Positions 18,702 through 27,591 of a stretch of 34,757 bases of DNA are shown here, piece after piece (positions within the stretch are counted from its first letter, which is position 1; every line of letters starts with the position of its first letter). This DNA is from Nitrospirota bacterium (lineage in GTDB: Bacteria; Nitrospirota; Thermodesulfovibrionia; Thermodesulfovibrionales; Dissulfurispiraceae), in NCBI GenBank assembly GCA_040758355.1, contig JBFLWF010000025.1, forward strand, positions 1 through 34,757, written 5' to 3'. Under the pieces are notes generated by a model, which searched no databases, had not been told where the DNA came from, and was given only the letters and a program-made list of their open reading frames with translations. The translations under genes were made by a program, and so were the position numbers.

Positions 18702-20516
18702 ATGGAACAATTTTCCCTTTTTAAAAGCAGCAAAAAGCCTGAAACGGAGCAAACCGTCTCCGAAACGCCGTCAACTTCACCTATCGCCCATAGCCCATCG
18801 CCTATAGCCTATCTTTCTTTCGACATCGAGGCCACTGGCAGAAATCCCATATCAGACTCCATTGTCGGCATTGCATTATGCAAGGAGAAGGGCAAGGCAT
18901 ATTATGTTCCGATAAGACACGCACACGGCACAAATATTCCTGATGCCCTTAACATTTTAAAAGAAGTCCTCGAAGATGAATCCATTCCAAAAGTTGGGCA
19001 CAACCTGAAATACGACATCCTCATATTAAGGCAGGAAGGGATTCATGTAAAAGGCAGGCTCTACGACACAATGCTTGCGTCATATCTTTTAAATCCCAAT
19101 AAGCCCGACCACAGCCTTGAGAATGTTGGCCTCGAATATCTCTTTTATAAAAAGAGACCATTCACAGAAGTACTCGGCAAGAGGCATTCATTCTCAGAAG
19201 TGCCCATAGATGATGCAACACAATACGCTGCTGAGGATGCGGAACTGGCAATGGAACTAAAGGACATCCTCTTTGAAAGATTGAAAACCGAAGGACTTGA
19301 AAATCTCTATTTCGATATGGAAATGCCTCTGATTTATGTCCTCACGGACGTGGAGGAGAGCGGTGTAAGGATAAACAAAGAAAGGCTTGAGGAATTATCA
19401 AAGGAACTGGACAGAGAGCTTGAAATAATAGAATCGAGGATATATACCATTGCAGGCGAGAGTTTCAATATAAATTCACCTCAGCAATTGCAGAAGATAC
19501 TCTTCGAAAAACTCGGTTTAAAGCCATTGAAGAAGACAAAAACAGGATATTCCACGGGAATGGATGTGCTCGAAGAGCTATCAAAGACACATGAGCTTCC
19601 AATGGAGATATTGAATTACAGGACATTATATAAATTGAAGACGACATATGTGGATGCCCTGCCAAAACTCATCGATAAAAAAACAGGAAGGATACACACA
19701 TCATTCAACCAGACCGTTACCGCAACGGGAAGGCTGAGCAGCAGCGAGCCGAATCTGCAGAATATTCCGATACGCGGCGAATGGGGAACAAAAATAAGGG
19801 AGGTTTTCATTGCAGATAAAGGATGCGTCCTTATTTCTGCTGACTACTCACAGGTAGAATTGAGGATACTCGCCCACATAAGCGGCGACGAAGGGCTGAT
19901 TGATGCATTCAACAGGGATATCGATATACACACGAGGACAGCAGCCGAGCTATTTAATATCCCAAAAGAGTCGGTAACAGAGGAAATGAGGAGAATAGCA
20001 AAGACAGTGAATTTCGGCGTTGTTTACGGAATAAGCCCTTTCGGATTGTCAGAGGCGCTCAATATCACGCCAAAGGAGGCAGCCACTTACATAGAACAGT
20101 ATTTTAAGAAGCATGAGGGAGTGAAGAATTATATGGATGATGCCGTCAAGATGGCAAGGGAGAACGGCTATGTTAAAACGCTTATGGGAAGGAAAAGGCC
20201 GATCCCTGAAATTAACAGCCACAATACAAATATCAGGCAACAGGCAGAAAGGCTCGCAATAAACACGCCCATTCAGGGGACAGCAGCGGATCTGATAAAG
20301 ATAGCGATGATAAACATATGGCAAAGGCTCAAAGAAAGAGATCTTAAAACGAGGATGATACTGCAAATCCATGATGAGCTTTTATTTGAAGTGCCTGAGA
20401 CCGAACTTGAGACCGCTAAAAAACTGATTACGCATGAAATGGAAAACGCCCTATCTCTATTAGTGCCATTAAAGGTGGATATGGGCTGGGGCAAAAACTG
20501 GGCAAAGGCGCATTAG
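18702..20516 (+). CDS. polA: DNA polymerase I C-terminal part (3'-5' exonuclease plus polymerase), in the +1 frame relative to the N-terminal part
   Basis: ExoI FDIE, ExoII HNLKYD, ExoIII YAAED, TGRLSS, DYSQVELR, KTVNFGVVYG, QIHDEL. Confidence 0.93.
   Translation: MEQFSLFKSSKKPETEQTVSETPSTSPIAHSPSPIAYLSFDIEATGRNPISDSIVGIALCKEKGKAYYVPIRHAHGTNIPDALNILKEVLEDESIPKVGHNLKYDILILRQEGIHVKGRLYDTMLASYLLNPNKPDHSLENVGLEYLFYKKRPFTEVLGKRHSFSEVPIDDATQYAAEDAELAMELKDILFERLKTEGLENLYFDMEMPLIYVLTDVEESGVRINKERLEELSKELDRELEIIESRIYTIAGESFNINSPQQLQKILFEKLGLKPLKKTKTGYSTGMDVLEELSKTHELPMEILNYRTLYKLKTTYVDALPKLIDKKTGRIHTSFNQTVTATGRLSSSEPNLQNIPIRGEWGTKIREVFIADKGCVLISADYSQVELRILAHISGDEGLIDAFNRDIDIHTRTAAELFNIPKESVTEEMRRIAKTVNFGVVYGISPFGLSEALNITPKEAATYIEQYFKKHEGVKNYMDDAVKMARENGYVKTLMGRKRPIPEINSHNTNIRQQAERLAINTPIQGTAADLIKIAMINIWQRLKERDLKTRMILQIHDELLFEVPETELETAKKLITHEMENALSLLVPLKVDMGWGKNWAKAH
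18780..18814 (+). repeat. Five heptamer units inside polA
   Basis: CCTATCG CCCATAG CCCATCG CCTATAG CCTATCT, encoding PIAHSPSPIAY. Confidence 0.85.
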
Positions 20517-20576
20517 TATGCAACAAAAATTTATTTTGGTATATAATTAGCTAAATCGCTCATTGGGGGGGCTGAC

Positions 20577-21605
20577 ATGAAGAAGCAGAAGACAACCAAA
20601 AAAGGCATTTTGAAGGCAAAGGCTGCAAAAAAAGCAGAGAGCAAGCTGGAAAAAAAAGAACTCATAAGGGTTCTCTCCGGCAAACCATCAAAGCAAAAAA
20701 AGAAAACCCCGGCAAAAAAAGCCGCGAGAACAAAAAAAGCGGTTACCCCTAAAAAGGCCATAAAAAAAATAACAGCTAAAAAAATAAAAGCAGTCCCTAA
20801 GAAGCCTGAGAAAAAGGTAAAAACAGAGAAAGCAAAACCGGCAACAGCAAAGAAAAAAACAGCTAAAAAGACTATCGCAAAAGCTGTTCTCAAAAAGCCT
20901 GCAAAGAAAGCTGCTGTGAAAGAGGCCCCCAAAAAGGCGGTAAAAAAACCATCGGCAAAAAAAGTCGCAAAGCCTGCCGTAAAAAAAGCTGTAAAACCCC
21001 AAAAAAAGGAGATAAAAAAGCCCCTTGAAGAATTAACAATAGCAGAACTCAAAACACTGGCAAAAGAGCTTAATATTGCCCTAAAGAGCGGACTTAAAAA
21101 AGCAGACATTATCAAGGCCATGGGCAAAGCAAAGGCCGAAAAAAAGCCAAGGCCAGAAAAGCCAAAAAAGAAGGTTGCAAAGAAGGAAAAGGTTGTGGTG
21201 GAGATGCCTCCGTTACCGGTCAGTTACGGCGAAAGCAAACTGGCATCTATGCCTGTAACGCCAAGACAGGTATATGCATACTGGGAGATAACAGAGGATA
21301 CGATTTCCAAATATGAGGGAAGTCTCAATCTTAAGGTCATCAACACAAAGACGAATGCGTTTTTCTATACGCCCATATCAGAACGGATCGGCGAACAGTT
21401 CATAAGCGTCAGTCCTGCCACTGAATATACCGTAGAGCTGGGGGTTATTAACTATAAGGGAGAATTTGTTAGAATATTAAAGTCCTTGCCGGTAGAAACC
21501 CCTGTTGTGGGTATTGCTCCGGCGGAAGTGAAAGAGGAAGCACCCCAGGCAGGCGGCCTGCCTGAGGAATTCTTTGAAACGCCGGAATCCATAAGCTCTT
21601 ATTGA
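20577..21605 (+). CDS. Lys/Ala/Pro-rich histone-H1-like region + Rho-N-like helix domain + DUF4912-like domain
   Basis: PAKK/AVKK repeats over about 145 aa; LEELTIAELKTLAKELNI..LKKADII; LPVSYGE..P..YAYWEI. Confidence 0.75.
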   Translation: MKKQKTTKKGILKAKAAKKAESKLEKKELIRVLSGKPSKQKKKTPAKKAARTKKAVTPKKAIKKITAKKIKAVPKKPEKKVKTEKAKPATAKKKTAKKTIAKAVLKKPAKKAAVKEAPKKAVKKPSAKKVAKPAVKKAVKPQKKEIKKPLEELTIAELKTLAKELNIALKSGLKKADIIKAMGKAKAEKKPRPEKPKKKVAKKEKVVVEMPPLPVSYGESKLASMPVTPRQVYAYWEITEDTISKYEGSLNLKVINTKTNAFFYTPISERIGEQFISVSPATEYTVELGVINYKGEFVRILKSLPVETPVVGIAPAEVKEEAPQAGGLPEEFFETPESISSY

Positions 21606-21616
21606 TTAATCCCTTT

Positions 21617-22858
21617 TCACCTCGAACCGCGCACTGTTTTTTGTCTGATGACTTTCTTTGCCCCGTAAGACTTGCCGGCCGGTCCGGGTTGCTGCGGCGG
21701 ACGGGCAAACTCCTTATCCTTCTGCGGCGGTGAGACATCGTAGTTGAAGTCTGTTACAGTACGGCGCTCGATGGCGCTGCCGAGTATCCTCTCGATGGAG
21801 CGCACCATATCGGCATCGTCATTTGTGACCAAGGTATACGCATCACCGCTTCGTGCGGCGCGACCGGTCCTGCCTATGCGGTGAATATAGGCATCAGTGG
21901 TGGACGGGATGTCGTAATTGATAACATGGGATATCTGGGTCACGTCGATCCCGCGCGCGGCGATGTCAGTCGCCACCAAAATCTGAAAAGTGCCGTTACG
22001 GAAACCGTTCATCGCAGCCTGTCGCCGCGCCTGCGAGAGGTTGCCCTGCAAAGAAGTAGCGCGGTAGCCGTTTTTGACCAGTTGTTCACCTACACGCTTG
22101 GCCCGGTGCTTGGTGCGGGTGAATATCAATACGGACTCGGTATCGGTATGGCGCAACAGTTCAATGAGCAGGGGCGTCTTCAGGTGCTGGGCGACCGGGT
22201 AGACAGCATGGCTGACGGTAAGAGCGGGTGCGGTTACGTCAACCTGGATTGTGACCGGATTGTTCAGCACGTCCTTGGCCAGATGCCGTATCTCCTGGGG
22301 CATAGTGGCCGAAAAAAGCATAGTCTGCCGTTTCTGCGGGAGATGCCTCAGGATTCGTCGAATGTCGGGTAAAAAGCCCATGTCGAACATATGGTCGGCC
22401 TCGTCGAGAACCAACATCTCTACCTTTGAGAGATCGATAGTGCCCTCGCCAATGTGATCAAGAAGCCTGCCTGGGCAGGCCACGACAATTTCTGTACCGC
22501 GTTTCAACTTTTCCACTTGCGGGTTAAAACCTACGCCGCCATAGACAGTAACACTTCTAAGGCCTGTTCGCCCTCCCAGACTGCGGATTGCCTCGTGAAT
22601 CTGTTCAGCCAGTTCACGGGTGGGAGCGATAATAAGCGCCCGAACGTGCCTGCGGCCCCCTTCTTGAAGCAGCCGGTGCAGGATAGGCAGTACAAAGGCG
22701 GCGGTTTTTCCGGTGCCGGTTTGTGCCAGTCCCATAATATCACGCCCATTAAGGAGCAGCGGGATCGCCTGCTGCTGAATAGGTGTCGGCGTAATATAGC
22801 CTTCGGCTTTGACCCCTGCCTCGACCAGGGGGTGAAAATCAAATGTCTTAAATTCCAT
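21617..22858 (-). CDS. rhlE: DEAD-box RNA helicase, RhlE-like
   Basis: PTPIQ, AQTGTGKT, PTRELA, DEAD, SAT, ARGID, HRIGRTGRA. Confidence 0.95.
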   Translation of the reverse strand: MEFKTFDFHPLVEAGVKAEGYITPTPIQQQAIPLLLNGRDIMGLAQTGTGKTAAFVLPILHRLLQEGGRRHVRALIIAPTRELAEQIHEAIRSLGGRTGLRSVTVYGGVGFNPQVEKLKRGTEIVVACPGRLLDHIGEGTIDLSKVEMLVLDEADHMFDMGFLPDIRRILRHLPQKRQTMLFSATMPQEIRHLAKDVLNNPVTIQVDVTAPALTVSHAVYPVAQHLKTPLLIELLRHTDTESVLIFTRTKHRAKRVGEQLVKNGYRATSLQGNLSQARRQAAMNGFRNGTFQILVATDIAARGIDVTQISHVINYDIPSTTDAYIHRIGRTGRAARSGDAYTLVTNDDADMVRSIERILGSAIERRTVTDFNYDVSPPQKDKEFARPPQQPGPAGKSYGAKKVIRQKTVRGSR

Positions 22859-22876
22859 AAATTCCTTGAACTCCTC

Positions 22877-22914
22877 AAAAGAAAAGCCCCCGCTCTTCGC
22901 AAGGGGCCTTCTTT
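22877..22914 (-). terminator. Terminator-like hairpin between csp and rhlE
   Basis: mRNA: AAGGCCCCUU-GCGAAGAGC-GGGGGCUUUUCUUUU. Confidence 0.65.
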
Positions 22915-22931
22915 AGTTAATTGTCAGTAAA

Positions 22932-23129
22932 CTAAATTTTTGTAACGTTGATTGCCTTGGGACCCTTAGGGCCTTTTTCGGTATCAAAGCTGACCCTGTC
23001 ACCCTCGGCAAGGGATTTGAACCCGTTGCCTTGGATGGATGTATGGTGGACAAATACATCACTGCCGTCTTCGCTTGTGATAAAGCCAAAACCCTTTGAA
23101 TCGTTGAACCACTTTACTGTTCCTTCCAT
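22932..23129 (-). CDS. cspA: Cold-shock protein
   Basis: [24 protein letters not shown]. Confidence 0.97.
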   Translation of the reverse strand: MEGTVKWFNDSKGFGFITSEDGSDVFVHHTSIQGNGFKSLAEGDRVSFDTEKGPKGPKAINVTKI

Positions 23130-23180
23130 CAGTTGTGTACCTCCTTATGTGTGAATTGAACTTTCAGAAGGACACAAATA

Positions 23181-23213
23181 GAAAAAAGCCACAAAGCTAA
23201 AAGTCTTTGTGGC
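23181..23213 (-). terminator. Hairpin plus U-tract in the csp leader (possible attenuator)
   Basis: GCCACAAAG-8 nt-CUUUGUGGC followed by UUUUUU, about 50 nt upstream of the csp ATG. Confidence 0.6.
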
Positions 23214-23369
23214 CTCTTGTGGACAAAAAACTTCTGAAACTCTATATGTAGAATAACACGCCCAGAGGATAATTAGCAACAAAATAAGGTTACAAGAGGA
23301 ATCTGCATACAAAAAGCTGCATAATCGCCCTATTTCAAAGACTTTTCCCATACGTTTCCCGTAAAAACC

Positions 23370-23398
23370 TTGATTCACTCTGCCTGTCGGCATATAAT
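23370..23398 (+). promoter_or_regulatory. Sigma70 promoter for the DUF2703 gene
   Basis: TTGATT-17 bp-TATAAT. Confidence 0.6.
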
Positions 23399-23436
23399 GT
23401 ATAAGATGTGGAATAAATATAAAAGTGAAAGATAAA

Positions 23437-23829
23437 ATGAAAACATTAACGATTCGATGGCAAAGACTCACAAATGAGACGGGCCAAACTTGCGATAGAT
23501 GTAGAGATACAGGCGGAACCATTGAAACTGCATTCAAAAAACTTCAAAAAGCACTGGCAGAACTTGGCATTAAAACAGAATTAGAATCAAAAACAATAGA
23601 CCTTAAAGCATTCAGAAAAGATCCTCTTCAATCGAACCGAATTTGGATTAGCGGAAGACCCTTGGAAGAATGGATTGGAGCTAATGTTGGTCAAAGCCGA
23701 TGTTGCAATGTTTGTGGTGACTCCGAATGCAGAACAATATCAATCAACAAAAAAACATTTGAAACGATACCGGAAGAACTAATTATTAGAGCTTGTCTTC
23801 TGGCAGCAGCAGAACTATTTAAAGATTAA
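23437..23829 (+). CDS. DUF2703-like Cys-rich protein
   Basis: IRWQRL..TCDRC, SNRIWISGRPLEEW, CCNVCGDSECRT. Confidence 0.8.
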   Translation: MKTLTIRWQRLTNETGQTCDRCRDTGGTIETAFKKLQKALAELGIKTELESKTIDLKAFRKDPLQSNRIWISGRPLEEWIGANVGQSRCCNVCGDSECRTISINKKTFETIPEELIIRACLLAAAELFKD

Positions 23830-24057
23830 AAAAGAATAATATGAAACAAATCATCTAACAACCAGATGGACGTGAACGAGTGCATTATGATGAAGTGGAA
23901 ATGCTTTGTCTTCCGGCATAACAAAGTTTATGAATAGATGCGGGCTGAAAAATTTCTGATAACGAGCGTGGAAGTCCTAAACGGCTATTGTAATTCTGTA
24001 GCGCTGCGGCTCTGCGCTGTTTGACCTCGAATCTTAAAATCCTTTATTATCAACTAT

Positions 24058-24140
24058 GCGAGAGTGGCGGAACTGGCAGACGCGCTGGACTTAGGATCCA
24101 GTGGGCAACCGTAGGGGTTCAACTCCCCTCTCTCGCACCA
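24058..24140 (+). tRNA. tRNA-Leu(TAG)
   Basis: Acceptor GCGAGAG/CTCTCGC, D-loop GGAACTGGCAGAC, anticodon arm CTGGA-CTTAGGA-TCCAG, variable arm, GGTTCAA, encoded CCA; TTGACC-18-TATTAT upstream. Confidence 0.97.
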
Positions 24141-24151
24141 TTCTACGTCTT

Positions 24152-24451
24152 TTAATATTGTTCTGCCCAGTAAAAATGCATCTGGTTTTCGCCGTGAGCC
24201 TGTTTCTTCGGCGCGCATTTCCTTTTGAGCCAGTATTTGCTCAGGTCTACGGCGCAGCCTATGGTCTCTTTTACCGCCTCTTTGTCGAAATAGATGACCG
24301 GCTCTGCGTGATTATGGGCATCGTAAAAAACCTCCGTGTCGTCTTCAAGCCTTATTCCTTTTCTTTCGGCCTCGCTCCTTGCCCATGCCGCAACCTCGTG
24401 CCCGTACTTTTTCCTGAAGTCCCCCCAACATCCGATGTGCAGTAGTTTCAA
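24152..24451 (-). CDS. Hypothetical protein (island remnant)
   Basis: 99-aa ORF, TTG start preceded by GGAGG. Confidence 0.6.
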   Translation of the reverse strand: MKLLHIGCWGDFRKKYGHEVAAWARSEAERKGIRLEDDTEVFYDAHNHAEPVIYFDKEAVKETIGCAVDLSKYWLKRKCAPKKQAHGENQMHFYWAEQY

Positions 24452-24474
24452 TTTCTTCCTCCTTGTAATTGGTT

Positions 24475-24657
24475 TTATTTCTGTCCGGCAGCAATGCCTT
24501 TAATTGCGTACTGTCTTATAACCGCTGCAATGGGTATCTGCAGCGCATCAGCCATCTCCTCGAGCCTCTCAAAGTCTGAATTAGTGAATCTGACAAGGAC
24601 CGCCCTCACCTTCAGCTTTTCCTTTGGCTTTCTTGCTTTTTTAATTTTTTTCCCCAT
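24475..24657 (-). CDS. Small ribbon-helix-helix/CopG-like DNA-binding protein
   Basis: Basic N-terminus, alternating strand AVLVRFT, helices SDFERLEEMADALQ and IAAVIRQYA. Confidence 0.65.
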   Translation of the reverse strand: MGKKIKKARKPKEKLKVRAVLVRFTNSDFERLEEMADALQIPIAAVIRQYAIKGIAAGQK

Positions 24658-24663
24658 TCTTTA

Positions 24664-24753
24664 AATAGTAACTATTAGAAATTAAAAATAACTAAAAATA
24701 ATTTTTAATATATCTTAGGAACTAATAGTAACTATTAACGAAACGTTTGTCAA
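24664..24753 (-). promoter_or_regulatory. Promoter with two palindromic operators
   Basis: TTGACA (24748-53)-17 bp-TACTAT (24725-30); AATAGTAACTATT at 24664-76 and 24724-36. Confidence 0.7.
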
Positions 24754-25023
24754 TAGTTTTTTTGCTTACTGCCTACGTTCATCAATCAAGAAAAACAGGC
24801 ACGGCTTCAAAGCCTTTATCAATGCGATGTAGATTATTTTGCTGCCTGTTTATACTGTTGAATACAAAAGGTGATACTGAAATTGCCCTTAAACAGCGGG
24901 AGGGATCGGCTCTGAGGTATCGCTGACAAAGGCTTCTCACCCATGCCTGCTTTTCTTCTGTAAATGTGCCTTTACTATTTAGGTCTTGCCGGTTGATGTT
25001 TTTTGCAATATACTTTTAAACAT

Positions 25024-26742
25024 ATGGACTACTCGATAAAAATAGGCGGTGAGGCAGGACAGGGCATACAGACAATAGGCGATACCCTTGCGAGGGTATT
25101 TTCGCGGGCAGGCTATCATGTATTTACGCATCAGGATTATGAGTCGCGCATAAGAGGCGGGCATAATTTCTTTCAGATCAGATTCTCCGAGAAACCTGTA
25201 ATGGCATCGAGGGATAAAATCGATATACTGGTTGCATTAGACGAAGAAAGCATAGAGCAGCATGAAAAAGAGCTTTCCGAATACGGACAGATAATCTATG
25301 ATTCAGCAACATTAAAACAGAAGCACGAAAAATCCTATTTTCTCGATATACCTTTTGTAAATCTTGCAGTCGAGCATGGCGGAAACAAGATAATGGCAAA
25401 TACCGTTGCAACAGGTGCAGTATTGGGAATGCTCGGGATGGAACTGGATATTTTGCTCGATATTATAAAGGATACATTCAAAAAGAAGGGCGAAGATGTT
25501 ATAAAGGCGAATATCAATGCTGCAATGGCAGGGCATGACTATGCTGTAAAGGAATGCATTAAATGCTCCTTCTCTGCAGCGCCGATTTCTAAATCACGAA
25601 TGTTGATAGCAGGCAATGACGCCATTGGACTTGGCGCCATTGCATCGGGATGCAAGTTCTATGCAGCATATCCCATGACACCTTCAACAGGGATAATGCT
25701 CTATATTGCAGGCAAGGCAAAGGAGTACGGCATTGTTGTTGAGCAGGCAGAGGACGAAATAGCAGCAATAAATATGGCTCTGGGTGCTTCCTTTTCAGGA
25801 ATAAGGGCAATGACCGGAAGCTCCGGCGGCGGCTTTGCATTGATGGTTGAAGGGCTTTCTCTGGCTGCTATGACAGAGACGCCCATAGTCATAGCCCTTG
25901 CCCAGAGGCCGGGACCGGCAACAGGTTTTCCTACGAGGACAGAGCAGGCGGAACTGCAATTTGCCTTATACACTGCACACGGGGAATTTCCAAGAGTCAT
26001 CTTTGCCCCAGGCACGCCTGAGCAGGCATTTTATCTCACAAACAAGGCCTTTGGCATTGCAGAAAAATACCAGATACCTGTATTCATTCTTACAGATCAA
26101 TATCTTGCAGATTCACAATGGACATTCGATAATTTTGATTTGAGCAAGATTAAATACACAGATTACAGACTCAGGGGCGATGCTTTTAAAAGCCTTAAAG
26201 AATACAAGAGACATGCATTCACAGAAAACGGTGTATCGCCATTGGGCGTTCCCGGAGATGCAAAACACCCTGTCGTGACAGACAGCGATGAGCATGACGA
26301 AGAAGGGCATATAGTGGAAGATGCAGAGACAAGGATAAAGATGGTGAATAAAAGGCTCTTTAAAAAGTTGCCTCTAATACGAAAAGAAATCGAGCCGCCT
26401 TCGATTTACGGCCATTCTAATCCAGAGATAGTGGTTTCAGGATGGGGATCTACTTATGGAGTTATGAAAGAGGCTGTAGATGAGCTTTCAGCGAACTGGG
26501 ATATTGCCATGCTTCATTTCAGCGAGATTTATCCGTTCCCTCCCACGAACAAGTTCAATTACCTGAAGGCATTAAAGGATGCAAAGATGACCATATGTGT
26601 TGAAAACAATGCCACAGGCCAGTTTAGCAAACTCATGAGGGCAGAAACAGGATACACATTCAATAGGCTGATTAATAGATTCGACGGCAGACCATTCACA
26701 GTGGAATATTTGATAGGAGAGATAGATGCCCTCATTAGATGA
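25024..26742 (+). CDS. korA: 2-oxoacid:ferredoxin oxidoreductase, alpha subunit (gamma-alpha fusion)
   Basis: GGEAGQGI, SRIRGGHN, YPMTPS, QAEDEIAA, RPGPATGFPT, VENNATGQ; substrate specificity not determinable. Confidence 0.92.
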   Translation: MDYSIKIGGEAGQGIQTIGDTLARVFSRAGYHVFTHQDYESRIRGGHNFFQIRFSEKPVMASRDKIDILVALDEESIEQHEKELSEYGQIIYDSATLKQKHEKSYFLDIPFVNLAVEHGGNKIMANTVATGAVLGMLGMELDILLDIIKDTFKKKGEDVIKANINAAMAGHDYAVKECIKCSFSAAPISKSRMLIAGNDAIGLGAIASGCKFYAAYPMTPSTGIMLYIAGKAKEYGIVVEQAEDEIAAINMALGASFSGIRAMTGSSGGGFALMVEGLSLAAMTETPIVIALAQRPGPATGFPTRTEQAELQFALYTAHGEFPRVIFAPGTPEQAFYLTNKAFGIAEKYQIPVFILTDQYLADSQWTFDNFDLSKIKYTDYRLRGDAFKSLKEYKRHAFTENGVSPLGVPGDAKHPVVTDSDEHDEEGHIVEDAETRIKMVNKRLFKKLPLIRKEIEPPSIYGHSNPEIVVSGWGSTYGVMKEAVDELSANWDIAMLHFSEIYPFPPTNKFNYLKALKDAKMTICVENNATGQFSKLMRAETGYTFNRLINRFDGRPFTVEYLIGEIDALIR

Positions 26743-27589
26743 TTATAAAGGCCGGAATCCTGCTTGGTGCCCGGGATGCGGCAACTTCAGCATCCTGAAG
26801 ACATTCAAGGATGCAATGGTTGAACTCGTCATAGAGCCCCATCAGTTCACCATAGTCTCTGGAATAGGACAGGCAGGGAAATTTCCGCATTACCTTAAAT
26901 GCAATACATTCAACGGCCTTCACGGAAGGACGCTCCCTGTCGCAACAGGCATAAGGCTTTCAAATCACGACATGCTCGTAATCGCTGTTGCAGGAGATGG
27001 AGACTGCTACGGAGAGGGAGGAAACCACCTCATGCATGCCATGAGGAGAAATATCAATGTAAAACTATTTGTGCATGACAATCAGATATACGGGCTCACA
27101 AAAGGACAGGCATCTCCCACGAGCATGGCCACAGATAAGGGAGGTCCGGTTACAAAAAACCAGCCCTTTGGCGTGCTTTCAGCAGAGCTTAATCCAATGG
27201 CACTGGCAATAGCTCTTGATTGCAGCTTTGTGGCAAGAGGGTTTGCTGGTGATACGGAACATTTAAAGGGATTGATAAAAGAGGCAATAAACCATAAGGG
27301 ATTCACCCTCGTGGATATTCTGCAGCCGTGCGTGACATTCAATAAGATAAATACCTACGAATGGTATCGTCAGCGGGTCTATCGCATAGAACCAGAATAT
27401 AATCCCGAAGACAGAATTGAGGCATTCAAAAAGGCACTTGAATGGGGAGACAGAATTCCCATAGGGATAATCTATAAGAATAATAGACCGATATTTGAGG
27501 AAAGGATACCGGTAATTAAAGACATCCCTCTTGTGAGACAGCCATTTGATATAGCAAAAATAGAAAACACATTAAAAGAGTTTTATTAA
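26726..27589 (+). CDS. korB: 2-oxoacid:ferredoxin oxidoreductase, beta subunit
   Basis: WCPGCG, LHGR, TPP motif GDGD..DNQIYGLTKGQ, QPC. Confidence 0.93.
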   Translation: MPSLDDYKGRNPAWCPGCGNFSILKTFKDAMVELVIEPHQFTIVSGIGQAGKFPHYLKCNTFNGLHGRTLPVATGIRLSNHDMLVIAVAGDGDCYGEGGNHLMHAMRRNINVKLFVHDNQIYGLTKGQASPTSMATDKGGPVTKNQPFGVLSAELNPMALAIALDCSFVARGFAGDTEHLKGLIKEAINHKGFTLVDILQPCVTFNKINTYEWYRQRVYRIEPEYNPEDRIEAFKKALEWGDRIPIGIIYKNNRPIFEERIPVIKDIPLVRQPFDIAKIENTLKEFY

Positions 27590-27591
27590 TC

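Noticed and set aside
20531..21127. Phe/Ala-rich 198-aa minus-strand ORF that looks like a membrane protein
   Set aside because: Mirror of the Lys/Ala codons of the histone-like gene
23145..23537. 130-aa minus-strand ORF upstream of csp
   Set aside because: Crosses divergent promoters and the DUF2703 gene; no coding signature
23850..23965. attC-like left ends (ATCTAACAA, GCATAACAA) after the DUF2703 gene
   Set aside because: No complementary right halves or integrase found; too degenerate to call
24101..24445. 114-aa plus-strand ORF
   Set aside because: Starts inside tRNA-Leu and is antisense to an ORF with a good RBS
24770..24960. Possible pseudogene fragment between the islet and korA
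   Set aside because: No recognisable motif in the frames I read and no tRNA 3' duplication marking an att site
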